Of a stretch of DNA of 44,096 nucleotides, positions 30,163-40,924 are shown one piece after another (the first letter of the stretch is position 1; each line of letters begins with the position of its first letter). The DNA is from Malassezia furfur (Eukaryota). A program made the translations under genes and the position numbers. The stretch lies in the NCBI GenBank assembly GCA_052055015.1, contig JBQJIT010000042.1; one strand, 5' to 3'. Below the pieces are notes generated by a model. That model was not told the DNA's origin. It saw only the letters and a program-made list of their open reading frames with translations, and ran no database searches.

Positions 30163-30170
30163 GTCACGTG
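30163..30170. promoter_or_regulatory. GTCACGTG E-box upstream of CDC55
   Basis: Intergenic; a second copy (CACGTGA) is at 29966-29972. Confidence 0.5.
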
Positions 30171-30323
30171 CAGGTCGGTGCCGGTGGACAGTGATCGGGC
30201 TCCGATTTTCGCAGGTGACCCCGTCCTCAGTGCGGCCGCTTCTTAGACGCGCGACGCGATCCAACGAAAGGCTTGCGGTTTTGTGGGTACGACACAAATT
30301 CGACACTTGGACGTGGTTAAAAG

Positions 30324-31882
30324 ATGGATCGTGACAGCACCAATGCAGCCCCGCCGGGCAATGCGTGGCGGTTCGCGCAATGCTTTGGTGACAAAGGTGA
30401 CGTGGACGACATCACGGAGGCAGACATCATCTCGACCGTCGAGTTTGACCCTACGGGCGATTACCTCGCTACAGGTGACAAAGGCGGTCGTGTCGTGATG
30501 TTTGAGCGCAGTGCGAGTTCATCGGGCAAGAAGCAGGGCTGCGAGTACCGCTTCCATACCGAATTCCAGTCGCACGAGCCCGAGTTTGACTACCTCAAAT
30601 CGCTCGAGATTGAGGAGAAGATCAACCAGATTTGCTGGTGCCGGCGGCAGAACGCTGCGCATCTGCTGTTGAGCACGAACGGTATGTCCAATTTGCTTAA
30701 CCAGACAAAACCATCAAGCTCTGGAAGGTGTTTGACACGCCTTTGAACGCCGTTGCGGAGGGCAGTCTGGCGACGGGCGAAGACCCATCGGCGATGCTCA
30801 TGTCAAGCCAGTCGATGGGCAACGAGAAGAGCGACGGGACACTGCACCCGAGCCTGCTCAAGCTCGGGGCATCGGGTGCGCAGGGGCTCGTGCCGAAGCT
30901 TTCCTCGGCACAGTCGCGTTTGCTACGGCTGCCACGTCTGGTGTACCACGACACGATCGTTGCAGCGGTACCACGGAAGATCTATGCGAATGCGCATGCA
31001 TATCACATTAACTCGCTGTCGGTCAACTCGGACGGGGAGACATACATCAGTGCGGATGACCTCCGCATAAACCTGTGGAACCTGGGTATCAGTGACAAGA
31101 GCTTTAGTATGTGTACCTGGCTGACCCAGACATTGTCGATATCAAGCCTGTGAATATGGAAGAACTCACCGAGGTGATCACTGCAGCGCAGTTCCACCCC
31201 TCCCATTGCAACGAACTCGTGTACAGCAGCTCCAAGGGCACCATCAAATTGGCCGACATGCGTGAGTCGGCGCTGTGCGACCGCCACGCCAAGTGTATGT
31301 TGCTCAACTGACGCAGTGTTTGAGGAAGAAGAAGACCCCGCAACCAAGTCGTTTTTCTCCGAGATCATCAGCAGTATCTCGGACGTGCGATTCAGCCACG
31401 ATGGGAGATACATTCTCTCGCGCGACTACCTCACCCTCAAGGTGTGGGACGTCAACATGGAGTCGCGCCCGCTCGCTACGATCCCAATCCATGACTACCT
31501 TCGCCCGAAGCTGTGCGACTTGTATGAGAATGACTGCATCTTTGACAAGTTCGAGGGCAACTGGGGTCCGACGGGCTCGACAGTGCTCACGGGCGGGTAC
31601 AGCAATTACTTCCACCTGATCGACTGGGAGCGCGATTCGAGCGTGGTGCTGCAGGCGGACAAGTCGGCGTTCAAGTCGAAGAAACTGGCATCGGCGAACA
31701 AGGCCAACGGACGCAACCCGGCCTCGGCGGGCGGTGTCGGTACGGTGAACCCGAACAACATCGACTTCAACAAAAAGATTTTGCATGCCTCGTACCATCC
31801 GCGGGAAGAGACGATCGCGATTGCGGCGACCAACAACCTGTTTATCTTCTCTGCAAACAACCCGGCAGGTGTGCCGGCGTGA
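30324..31882 (+). CDS. CDC55: PP2A regulatory subunit B55, 4 exons
   Basis: [76 protein letters not shown]. Introns 30682-30704, 31107-31129, 31295-31316. Confidence 0.96.
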
Positions 31883-31932
31883 CGCCCTCCTATGTATTCC
31901 CTTGTGCACTAGCCTGTCAACATTGGCCATAG

Positions 31933-34900
31933 CTATGCCAACCCTGCTTGTGTGGATGCCCACGGGGCACGCTGGATACGGTCCAGCAGCTGCCGCCGGT
32001 TATGCGTGTCGGCAAACAACGCACGGATCAGCGCCATGATCTCTTCGCGCCCGTAGTCCAACAATGCGCCGCCGCTTTCGAACACGAGGAACTCGATGTC
32101 CGCCAGCGAACCGGTGAGCAGCTCGGGCAGGTAGGAAAATTTGAACCAACTGGGCACCACGGTTGCGGCCAGTGCCCCGGCCGCCTCGGCGTCACAGCGT
32201 GCGGCCCGGGCAAACAGCGCGGTCTGGGCCTCGAGTAGCGTACGACACAATGCCGCCAGGCGCATGCTCTCCGCTTCACCAATGTCGTCCAAATCCTCGA
32301 CACTGTCTTGCACCCGCGCAAATACGCCGTGCACCAGCTCGCCCAGGAGCGAGACCAGCGTGTCTTGCGCTAAGACGGGTATCCACACGTTGGCGAGGTG
32401 CTGCAGGATATGATCGACTTGGGCCACCGCCCGCTCGCACATCGCGAACCGGGCGTCGTCGTCGGTGCGTGAGAACCCATCAGCTTGGTCGAGGCACTCT
32501 TGCAGCGCATACGTCTGCACGGCGATCTGCGCGTCGCGCCACTGAGCCCCTGTGTCTAGCATGGCCTGCGCCTCGTGGAGCAGCGCGGTGTGCAGCGAAG
32601 ATGCCCCGGACGATGCAATATCCGAGCAACTCTGGCGCTGCGCCATCGACCGCATCTCTTCGGCCAAGTAGTCACAGTCGCTCGCAAATAGCATGCTCAA
32701 CAGCGGAACATGCTGCAGCGATGCCGCGTGCACCGTTGGCATCAGCGCACGGTACAGCTGGAAACATGCGAGCACTGCCTCCTGAATGACCTGCACGAGG
32801 CGTGCATCGCTCGTGTGGGCGAGCTGTGCGAACTGCTGCTGTGCCTGCTGTGCCACGGCTTCACACCGCTGTGACACGACGCGCTCGCGCGTCACCACAG
32901 CCTTGGACAATTCAGGAGCGTCTTGGACGGGTGACAAGGGAGTAGGTTCCGGCAGCGGCGACTCCTCGTCGGGCTCATTCCAGTCCCATGCATCGAGCGT
33001 GCTATCGTCATGCATGGCCGGCGCCTCGGATGCGTGCGCTTCCGGGGTGGGCTTGGACGCGGAGTCCTGCGGCGTCGGAGAATCAACCCGCTCATCCTGT
33101 GCACCAAGCATGTCTTCAACCTCGTCGTCGCTGCCCCAGCCCCAGTCGCTCGCATCGTCCCGCGGCGGTGCCTGCGTCGCTGGAGTGGGAACGGTCGGGG
33201 GCGCAACGGGGCTAATCTCTGTTTCCCAAGCATCATCCAAGCCCCAATCATCCCGCGTTTGCTTCGGGAAAGCAGGATCCACTTGGTCCTTGTTATCACC
33301 AAAATCGTCGTCATCGCCCCAGCCCCAATCATCGTCTTGCGGCTCAGGTGCAGCAGGTGCCGGCGACGAGAGGGGAGGGGCGGCGGGCTTTGCTGCGGGC
33401 GTTGGTTTCGCGGCCGAAACAGGCACTGCGCCGAGTCGTTTAACACCTCCTAGCGTGGGCTTCTTGGACTTGGCTTTGGACTCTGGCTTTGGCACAGGCG
33501 TAGTCTGTGCTGCCGGCTGCGGTGGAGCCGGGCTCGGAGGCTTGACAGCAGCGATTGGTGCCGCCCGTATCTGGTTGCTCTCAGAGGCTTGGGGCTGTAC
33601 AGGTGCTGCCTTGGCCGCGGCCTTCGGCGCCACTTTGGCCTTGGGTGCTTGTGGCTGCGCCTCTTCCACTTGCTGCTGCACCATGACCGAGTCCCATGCT
33701 TTGTCGTCTGTGCGAAGGATTATTGCACGGACATGGTCGAGTACATCGCCCAGCACGCGTTGCGTGCAAATATTCGGCAGCTGCTCCGTCCACTGTCGTA
33801 AATCGGACAATGGCTCCATTGGTGCCCAACCGGGACGGCGAACCATGGTTCCCGCGGCCTTCGCTTCGCGCACATAGCCGTTCTCCACAAGCGCAGAATG
33901 CACCTGCAGCGCAAGCTGACTGACCGTCTCCACGGCTTTGTTGTAGGCATGCAGCGTCACGTCCGTGCGAGGCAGACACCGCAGCAGGTACGGTTTCAGT
34001 TCGGCGAGTAGCCGGGGCACGAAGCGCTGTGCGACGACCACCTGTAGCGTCGGAGCCAGACTCACGTCCTGTACCGTGGGCTTATCCTGGGCAGACGGGA
34101 CAAATAGGACGCTGCGAAGGAAGGCAAGCATATCGACCACAGCGGAAATGGCAGTGCCGGCCGGAGACGACGCAGGCTGCGCCGTAAACTGCAGCTGGGT
34201 CAAAATACCGTCAGCGGTCGTCGACTGTGCTGTGCTCCAGGAATGAACGTCCCCCAGGAGCTTGAGCGCAATGTGATCGACCAGCAGTGAGCTGATTCGC
34301 TCCGCGACAGATTCGTCCATGTTCATCGCTCGCGCAAACTCCCATAAATTGACTAGACTGGGAATGTTGGTACTCTCAGGATCCATGGTGCTCTCTTGTA
34401 CAGCCAGAATGGCTCCTTTGGATGCCGGGAACACTTGGATAGCCCGCTCCCAATCCGCATCCGCCTGCGTGTGCATCTGATGCAGGAGCTTTTGGCAGTG
34501 CTCTACCAGCCGCGCACCGACCACCGAATTTGACTGGGGACCATTACGCACGTCTTGCAGGCGGTTGTGCAGAAAGTCCACCTCAATGCCCACTGCCTGC
34601 AGATGTTCCTGGGCTTCGGGAAGCAACGCAGGGAGCCGCATCCAATCCCGCGCGTCCAGTGTAACCTGGAGCTCGTTTACGCTGTCCATCGCCGTAGAAA
34701 GCTGTGAAACGATTGTGGATACCGTCGAAGTATACGTGTAGTGCGCAGTTGCTTGGGCATAGTCATGTAAGGCGCTCACCAGGTCGTCGTCCAACTCAAT
34801 CGACCGAGGATCCTCCACGGGCTGGGACGTTGCCGCCGGCGTCCCGGACGCCGCGAGCGCTTCAATCCGCGCACCAAGTAATTGCACGACAGCTGAAGCA

Positions 34901-34983
34901 GGCAGTGTTTTCTGCGCCTCGCCCCCCGCTACGAGGGGCGAGCCGACCGACGCGAGGAACACGCCCACGTCCTCGGCGCCCAT
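31933..34983 (-). CDS. DSL1: Dsl1/ZW10-like retrograde tethering subunit
   Basis: Central acidic Trp motifs (DDDWGWGDDDDF, DDAWE, DWGWGSDDE, DAWDWNE). ZW10-like C-terminus: LSMLFASDCDYLA, EDLDDIGEAES, VPSWFKFSYLPELL..SLADI, LIRALFADT..R. Confidence 0.8.
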   Translation of the reverse strand: MGAEDVGVFLASVGSPLVAGGEAQKTLPASAVVQLLGARIEALAASGTPAATSQPVEDPRSIELDDDLVSALHDYAQATAHYTYTSTVSTIVSQLSTAMDSVNELQVTLDARDWMRLPALLPEAQEHLQAVGIEVDFLHNRLQDVRNGPQSNSVVGARLVEHCQKLLHQMHTQADADWERAIQVFPASKGAILAVQESTMDPESTNIPSLVNLWEFARAMNMDESVAERISSLLVDHIALKLLGDVHSWSTAQSTTADGILTQLQFTAQPASSPAGTAISAVVDMLAFLRSVLFVPSAQDKPTVQDVSLAPTLQVVVAQRFVPRLLAELKPYLLRCLPRTDVTLHAYNKAVETVSQLALQVHSALVENGYVREAKAAGTMVRRPGWAPMEPLSDLRQWTEQLPNICTQRVLGDVLDHVRAIILRTDDKAWDSVMVQQQVEEAQPQAPKAKVAPKAAAKAAPVQPQASESNQIRAAPIAAVKPPSPAPPQPAAQTTPVPKPESKAKSKKPTLGGVKRLGAVPVSAAKPTPAAKPAAPPLSSPAPAAPEPQDDDWGWGDDDDFGDNKDQVDPAFPKQTRDDWGLDDAWETEISPVAPPTVPTPATQAPPRDDASDWGWGSDDEVEDMLGAQDERVDSPTPQDSASKPTPEAHASEAPAMHDDSTLDAWDWNEPDEESPLPEPTPLSPVQDAPELSKAVVTRERVVSQRCEAVAQQAQQQFAQLAHTSDARLVQVIQEAVLACFQLYRALMPTVHAASLQHVPLLSMLFASDCDYLAEEMRSMAQRQSCSDIASSGASSLHTALLHEAQAMLDTGAQWRDAQIAVQTYALQECLDQADGFSRTDDDARFAMCERAVAQVDHILQHLANVWIPVLAQDTLVSLLGELVHGVFARVQDSVEDLDDIGEAESMRLAALCRTLLEAQTALFARAARCDAEAAGALAATVVPSWFKFSYLPELLTGSLADIEFLVFESGGALLDYGREEIMALIRALFADTHNRRQLLDRIQRAPWASTQAGLA

Positions 34984-35059
34984 CACAAGAGAACCGTGCG
35001 TGGCCGTACGCGTGTTTAGTCAGCATCTTCGGGCGTGGGTGTCGTCGAGGTGGACGACG

Positions 35060-35508
35060 ATGGCCGATCGAGTACGTGAGACGCTCATGCAGACACACAA
35101 TACGCAGGGACACCGTGGCGGTGGCCGGGGCAGTGGTCGCGGTGGTCGCGGCGGATCTCGTGGTGGTGGTCCGAACCGCAATGGCCCTGCACCTCAGGAG
35201 AAGCCCAAGCGTGAAGCTATCCTCAACCTCAGCAAATACGTCGACCAGCAGATCCGCGTGAAGTTTTCAGGCGGTCGCCAGGTGGAAGGTATCCTCAAGG
35301 GATATGACCAGCTCATGAACCTCGTGATGGACGATGTGCAGGAGACGCTGCACGACCCCGAGACGGGCAACGTGAGCGGCCAGCGGCCATTGGGCCTGGC
35401 CGTGCTGCGGGGACCGGCGCTGACGCTGATCAACCCGACGAACGGGATGGAGATGATTGAGAAGTATGTGTGTCCACTGAACGCAGTCCGTTTGTGCAGC
35501 AAGAGTAA
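35060..35508 (+). CDS. LSM7: U6 snRNA-associated Sm-like protein Lsm7, 3 exons
   Basis: KPKREAILNLSKYVDQQIRVKFSGGRQVEGILKGYDQLMNLVMD, LGLAVLRG, IENPF. Introns 35072-35092 and 35464-35486. Confidence 0.94.
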
Positions 35509-35510
35509 CA

Positions 35511-36848
35511 CTAATATCCACTACTTGGCATACGATGCGTTGCGAGCGAGTCTTGCCGTGGCCCGTAACTCGGTGTGCTCGCCGAATAGACGCTGTCATA
35601 GATGCCCGATGTCGAACCCCAGCTCCCTTGCGGCTGTGCAGGCGACTGTGAGGGCGTGTCGCCGCCCGTGTTGCTGGTGGAGACGTTCAGCCTCTCCAGG
35701 ACGCTCTCGCCGACCGACGTGCGCCGGACGACACGCAGGATACGGTGCAACGTGCGCAGCGCAAAGTTGGTACACAACCATATCCCACCCAGGATACCGA
35801 TCAGTCGCACAATAAACGACCCAAACGACATGCTCCGGTTGTGGATCGTCATTGTGAGCGGCTCGATGTCATACTTGAAGAAGACGCCTGGGAACGCCGC
35901 GGGACCGTTAGGGTTGCGCTTGTAGTCCGTCACGCTGTACTGGTTCGTGCGCACCTTCTTGCCCGAGGCAAAGTAGTTCGTCGGGACCACCGACAAGAAA
36001 TATTGGTACACGGCCAGAGCTGCGTTAGTGTGAAGCGACGTACGATCTTTAGTGACCTCCATACTCGAATCCAACGGCTCGGCCATGTAAGGAAAGTGCG
36101 CACCAAAGCTCAACTCCGTAATGACGTGCGACATGTTGACCTTGGCATTGTCTTGGTTCCCCAACAAGACCAGGGGCATTGGCGACGAAATATGCAGATT
36201 CCCCGTCACCTTCTTGGCAAGCAGGCTGCCGAACATGCGGCAGGCCGGGCCACCCTCAATGATCGGCGTGGTCTTTTCAAAGCCCGAGTGCTTGTCGCGG
36301 GGCCCGCGCGAAGGACCATAAGTCTTGTCCGTGCGTGACACTTTGCCCTTGAGACGGGGCGCATCAAGCGCATTGAGCTCGTTCATTTGGCGACGTTTGC
36401 TGCATCAGTCGTGGCACGTACTTGCGCGCATGCTTGATCTGCGACTCGAAAGTGGTGCCGTCCTTGGCAATCGCGCTCTCATCAAAGTGGATACCCTCTC
36501 CGCTCGCGTCGCGCAGATCCACCGACAATTCTGGTGTAAGCATGATTCGACATACTCGAACACGGCGTTGCGACCGTGATGTCCATATTGATCTGGAGCA
36601 GCTTGCTAATGTGACTGTCGACCTCAAAGGTCACGTCGTGCTCGCCGTGCAAATACGCGCTGAGCTCGACCCAGATCATCACCACCATCGCCAGACCCAA
36701 CACGATGGTGACGAACCCGCCGCGCGACGAGTGCCGAATATAAGTGGGTTGCGTCTGGGTTAAACAAACTGCATACCTTCGGGAATGCATCAAATTGCCG
36801 AAGCTTGGGCAGGCGGTCCAGCGACTCGAGGAGCGCCTTGTCAGACAT
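35511..36848 (-). CDS. ERV41: ERGIC/COPII cargo receptor subunit Erv41-like, 5 exons
   Basis: LRQFDAFPK|T, RGGFVT, LQINMDITVATPC, ACRMFGSL..KKVTGNLHI, SHVITELSFG, YQYFLSVVPT, PGVFFKYDIEP. Introns 36755-36776, 36531-36555, 36400-36421, 36020-36043. Confidence 0.88.
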
Positions 36849-36906
36849 TGTGACGGGGCACCAAGCGATGCGCGTGCTAGGGAAAGAGTGGAGGTGTGTC
36901 ACTCCG

Positions 36907-38850
36907 CTACCTACGGTGCCGGCTCTCGGCGCCGGGCCCCGTGGGCCGCCGCGGCATGCCATCGGCGGCCTCATCGATGTCGCCCTCTGCCTCGCTCCGG
37001 ATCCGCTCGATCTCTTCGAGAATCGGTTTGTACTCCATAAACCGCTTCTCGGCCAAGTCAAAGCCGTCGCGCCGTAGCTGTTTGCCGCGCGAGGCACCAT
37101 CGCTTTGCGTGTGCGCCAGCGAGGCCCAGTAGTGCTTAGTGCGAAGGTAGAAGGTTTGCAGAACCTCTCCGGGAGCAGGCGTGGACAGAATGTCTTCCTC
37201 TGTGCGGTTGGTATCTTTGGCAACGCCCATAAATGTGGTCGCCTGTTTCCGGAGCGCGGCTTGGCGCTCTAGCGCGGCTTGCACCTCTTCCGGAGAGACG
37301 TCGTCGTCAAGCTGCAAATCTGCCACGTCTGGAACCTCGTCCTCTGACTCATCCATGGCCTCGACGCCCTCCTGCTCGCGCTCCGGCTCCGGTTCGTCTT
37401 CGGAAGACGAGCTGTCTTCGTCGTCTTCGTCGTCCTCGTCCTCATCCGAACTGTGCCACTCAAGCTTGTCGATGGGGCATTCTTGCAGACAGACCACTTG
37501 ATTCATTTTGGATAAGTCAATTGTGTAGAAATCGTCGAGGGTGTACTCACGATCGCCACTTTCAAAGATCCCGCCGTAAATATAGAGCGTATTACGCTGG
37601 ACTGCCAGCATGGCATTGTAGCGTTCGAGCGGCATTTTGTAGCGAGGATCGTCCTCCTCGCCGTCGTTGTCGTCCGCATCCCCGCGCGGTGCACGCTTTT
37701 TGGGTTTGCGCAAGTTCAAACTGATCCACCGCCCGTTACCGGGCAGCTGGTAGCCGTATAGCGCGTTGTGGAACGTCGACTCCATCGACTCTTCGTCCTG
37801 CTCCGTATCGGTCACGCCGCCAAACAGCACGCCAGTGCTCCGGTTGGCCCACAACGCCATGGTGCATCCGGAGCGCGGTGGGTTGGGCGCGTACCCAATT
37901 TTTCTGCGCTTCACCCACTGAATCTTGGAAAGGTCTTCATCCATTTGCAACAACCAGGCGTCCTCGAGAGCAACGCCCTGTGTGCGCTGCCCCTTGATGA
38001 ATTTCTTGCAGTATCCGCCATACAACACGATGCCTTCGGGAGTTGAGAGGAACGAAAAACCGCTGCGCGGCCCGGGACGGCGTAGATCGTTTTGTTTGAT
38101 CTCGTGCCACTTGTACTCCAACGTGTCAAATACCCACAGGTCCTGTAGGTAGGATGTACGAATACCCGTGTCGATGAACCCGCCGAACAGCACAATAAAG
38201 TGCTTCCAGAGCGCCATACGGTGTCCGCTGCGTCCACTGGGCCGGGCCTTGGTCTCGACCTTCTCCCAAGTGCGGTCGGCGATCGAGTACACCCACAAGT
38301 CGCGGTAGTGGTGGAAGCTCGTTTGTTTCGTGCTAGCAAATTCACCGCCGAAGCACCACAGCTGCCCACCGCCGGCCGGTGTCGCGACCATTTGGTGCGC
38401 ACTGCGCGGTCCTGGCTGTGTTTTGCCTGTGTGAGGAGCGAGACGTACATGCATATGAGCGCCATTCGTTCTTTTCGGGTATGTAGCGGAACAGGTCCTG
38501 GTAAAAGAGACATTGATCGCCATCGAAGTATTCGCCGCCGTACAGCCAGAGATCGTTGCCTAGCGGACAAGGAGTGAGACTGCATGAGTTTCGGATACTT
38601 ACGTAGCGTTCGCACGGCGCGACGGCGCGACTCCGACCTTTTCTTCGGCACTTGCATGCGCTTCTTCCCACTGCGTGCGGTACTGCTCCAGGAGCGCATC
38701 GAGGTCCTCATCGCCCATCTTATCGATGTCATTCTTCTTCTTGCCACCCTTGGCCTGTTTCGCCGCGCGGCGCTCGGCCAGCTTCTCCTGCTTAGCCTTC
38801 TTCGCGGCCTTCGCGGCGGCCTTGCCAGCGCCCTTGGCGGCCTTGCCCAT
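36907..38850 (-). CDS. KEL3: Kelch-repeat protein Kel3/KLHDC4 with DUF4110-like C-terminus, 3 exons
   Basis: PSRRANAT|L, LYGGEYFDG, PGPRSAHQ, FGGEF..FHHYRDLW, RSGHRM, TPAPGEVLQTFYLRT..W..GKQLRRDGF. Introns 38580-38602 and 38427-38448. Confidence 0.88.
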
Positions 38851-38909
38851 CGTCCGAAAAATATTTCTTTTCGGTGGCGGGGCCTCCACGCATTTTCATT
38901 TCGTCCACG

Positions 38910-40085
38910 ATGATCGGCGCCCCCCGGCCCTGGCTCTCAACTTGCGCGACGGCAGGCACGCTGGCGCGCATGGTGGCGCCTAGCGGCACCGTACGCCCGG
39001 TGATGCCGGCGCGTGCATGTGTCCCACTGCGTAGTGCGCACTCGTCTGCGACTACGGAGCCAGTGAAGCCCAAAATTGTCACGGCCTACTCCTTTGCGGC
39101 CAAGCCGCGCGAGACCGAGACGAAGAACGAGAAGGGTGAGACTGTACCTCCTCGAGAGCTGAGTGGCAAAATCGACCCCGAGAGCGACGTGGGCAAGTGG
39201 CGCGCGACGATGCTCGAGGGCGGCGACGCTGGCGAAGACGCGTTAATGCTCGCCAGGACGGCCGATTTTACCAACGTTCTGCTCGGCGTTGCAGATGGTG
39301 TGGGTGGCTGGACCGAAAACGGGATTGACCCCGCGCACTTTTCTAACGCACTCCTTTACTATGCGACCCAATACGCTAAGTTGCTTGGTCGGCTGCCGTC
39401 GCCCAGCGAGGCCCTGGAGCATGCGTTCGAAAAAGTCAACGAAGACCCCACGATCGAGGCGGGCAGTTCGACGGCGTGCCTTGTGCAGATGGACATGGTG
39501 CATGGCAAACTGCGCAGCGCCAACCTAGGCGATTCGGGCTACGTGCACCTGCGTCCGGACCCGAACAGCCCAGAGGGCCGCCTGGAGGTGGTCGGGCAGT
39601 CGCCGCCGCAGACGTACGCGTTTAACACACCGTACCAGCTGGCCAAGGTGCCTGCCGCACTCCGGCAGCAAGGCTCGCTGAGCAACAAGCCCAGCGATGC
39701 CCAGGTCACCGAAGAGGAGCTGCAGCGCGGCGACATGGTCCTGCTCATGACGGATGGATTCTTGGATAATGTGCACTGCGTTTTGCCCCCGAAAGAGGCC
39801 CTTACTCCCGACGCGCCAAAGCGGCCGGAGCTGTTGCAGCTGCTCGACATGCTACAGGACAAGCACCGCGAGCATTGGGCAACGCGCAAGCAGCCGTCCT
39901 CGGTGGTTGACGAGAAGCAAGACTTTACCAATGTGGTCGCCTCGACGCTGATGCAGTATGCACGGCTCTGTCAGTCGACCGAAGAGAAAGTGAGCCCGTT
40001 CCAGCTGGACGCGGCGCGCTTCGGCATTCATTACCCTGGTGGGAAGGTCGACGATATTGCGTTGATCTGTGCAACGGTCGTGTAA
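38910..40085 (+). CDS. PTC7: Mitochondrial PP2C-type phosphatase Ptc7
   Basis: AGEDA, GVADGVGGW, GSSTAC, ANLGDSG, FNTPYQL, TDGFLDN, GGKVDDI; presequence-like N-terminus. Confidence 0.88.
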   Translation: MIGAPRPWLSTCATAGTLARMVAPSGTVRPVMPARACVPLRSAHSSATTEPVKPKIVTAYSFAAKPRETETKNEKGETVPPRELSGKIDPESDVGKWRATMLEGGDAGEDALMLARTADFTNVLLGVADGVGGWTENGIDPAHFSNALLYYATQYAKLLGRLPSPSEALEHAFEKVNEDPTIEAGSSTACLVQMDMVHGKLRSANLGDSGYVHLRPDPNSPEGRLEVVGQSPPQTYAFNTPYQLAKVPAALRQQGSLSNKPSDAQVTEEELQRGDMVLLMTDGFLDNVHCVLPPKEALTPDAPKRPELLQLLDMLQDKHREHWATRKQPSSVVDEKQDFTNVVASTLMQYARLCQSTEEKVSPFQLDAARFGIHYPGGKVDDIALICATVV

Positions 40086-40101
40086 GCAACTCTGTATAGA
40101 C

Positions 40102-40854
40102 TTAGTGATGCAATTCTACACGCTGGCCTGGTTGCCACTCTTGCACCGCCTTGGCAATGTTGGTCCAGTATCGCAGCTGGATTGCCAACGCCTTGATGCG
40201 GTCCGTGTCGGGCGGTGACTGCGCAAACGCCTCGTCGAGTTGCCCCAGCACATCAGCAACATGTGCGTCGTTCTGCTCACCCACAGAATCGACGGTCGCC
40301 TGGTCCTCGGCCTCGCTCAGCGCCTCTTGCATCTCCATTACCTCCATCAGCAGCTCAGGGTCCTCAAGTGAGGCCGACTCCTCCACGTCGCCGACACCGG
40401 CCTTTTCTAGGAGGTAGAGCGCACGCGGCAGGGGGCGTAGCAGCGTCTCGTACGCTTTGTTTACGATTGCGCTCTGATGCGTGCCGATCTGCTGCTCCTT
40501 GTCCGGACGGGCGACCAAACGATCCGGATGCGTCGCGGCCATTTTTTGGCGCCATTGCGCCTTGAGTTCCTTGGGGTCAATCGACCATCCGTTGCGCGGT
40601 ACACGGTCGCGCGGCGTGCCCAGAATGTCGTAGTAGTCCGCCTCGGCGGGTAGCGGCTGCAGTGCTTGGCATTGCTGGCATTGCAATGCGGCGAGGTCGT
40701 TGGGTGCGCCGCACGATGGGCATGCCTTGCCTTGAGCTGACGAGTAGGCACGCACACATGGAACGCTGTGCTGTATTCTAGCATGCGCCATGCGGGGCAC
40801 CGCGGGGCGCACCAGCGGCACACGCATGCTCGCACGCAAGGTCCTTGCCACCAT
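40102..40854 (-). CDS. JAC1: Fe-S cluster co-chaperone Jac1/HscB (HSC20)
   Basis: Presequence, CPSC..CQQC, J-domain with HPD, SAIVNKAYETL..PLPRALYLL, LLMEVME, LRYWTNI. An upstream in-frame ATG exists at 40926. Confidence 0.9.
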   Translation of the reverse strand: MVARTLRASMRVPLVRPAVPRMAHARIQHSVPCVRAYSSAQGKACPSCGAPNDLAALQCQQCQALQPLPAEADYYDILGTPRDRVPRNGWSIDPKELKAQWRQKMAATHPDRLVARPDKEQQIGTHQSAIVNKAYETLLRPLPRALYLLEKAGVGDVEESASLEDPELLMEVMEMQEALSEAEDQATVDSVGEQNDAHVADVLGQLDEAFAQSPPDTDRIKALAIQLRYWTNIAKAVQEWQPGQRVELHH

Positions 40855-40924
40855 GGTAGAATGGACGTGCGCCGGGCGGCTGACAAAGCGTGTCGCAGCG
40901 CCGATCGGCCTCCACGACGCGTGC

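Noticed and set aside
36877..36914. Possible intron (GTAGGT..CCCTAG, 38 nt) across the KEL3 stop that might fuse KEL3 to ERV41
   Set aside because: The spliced product is out of frame with the ERV41 ATG, the length is atypical and there is no branch motif near the AG.
2602..40854. Possible mitochondrial/CoQ/Fe-S gene cluster (COX9, COX6, COQ8, PTC7, JAC1, TAH18, Ctr)
   Set aside because: The genes are scattered among unrelated housekeeping genes, and this density is plausible by chance in a reduced genome.
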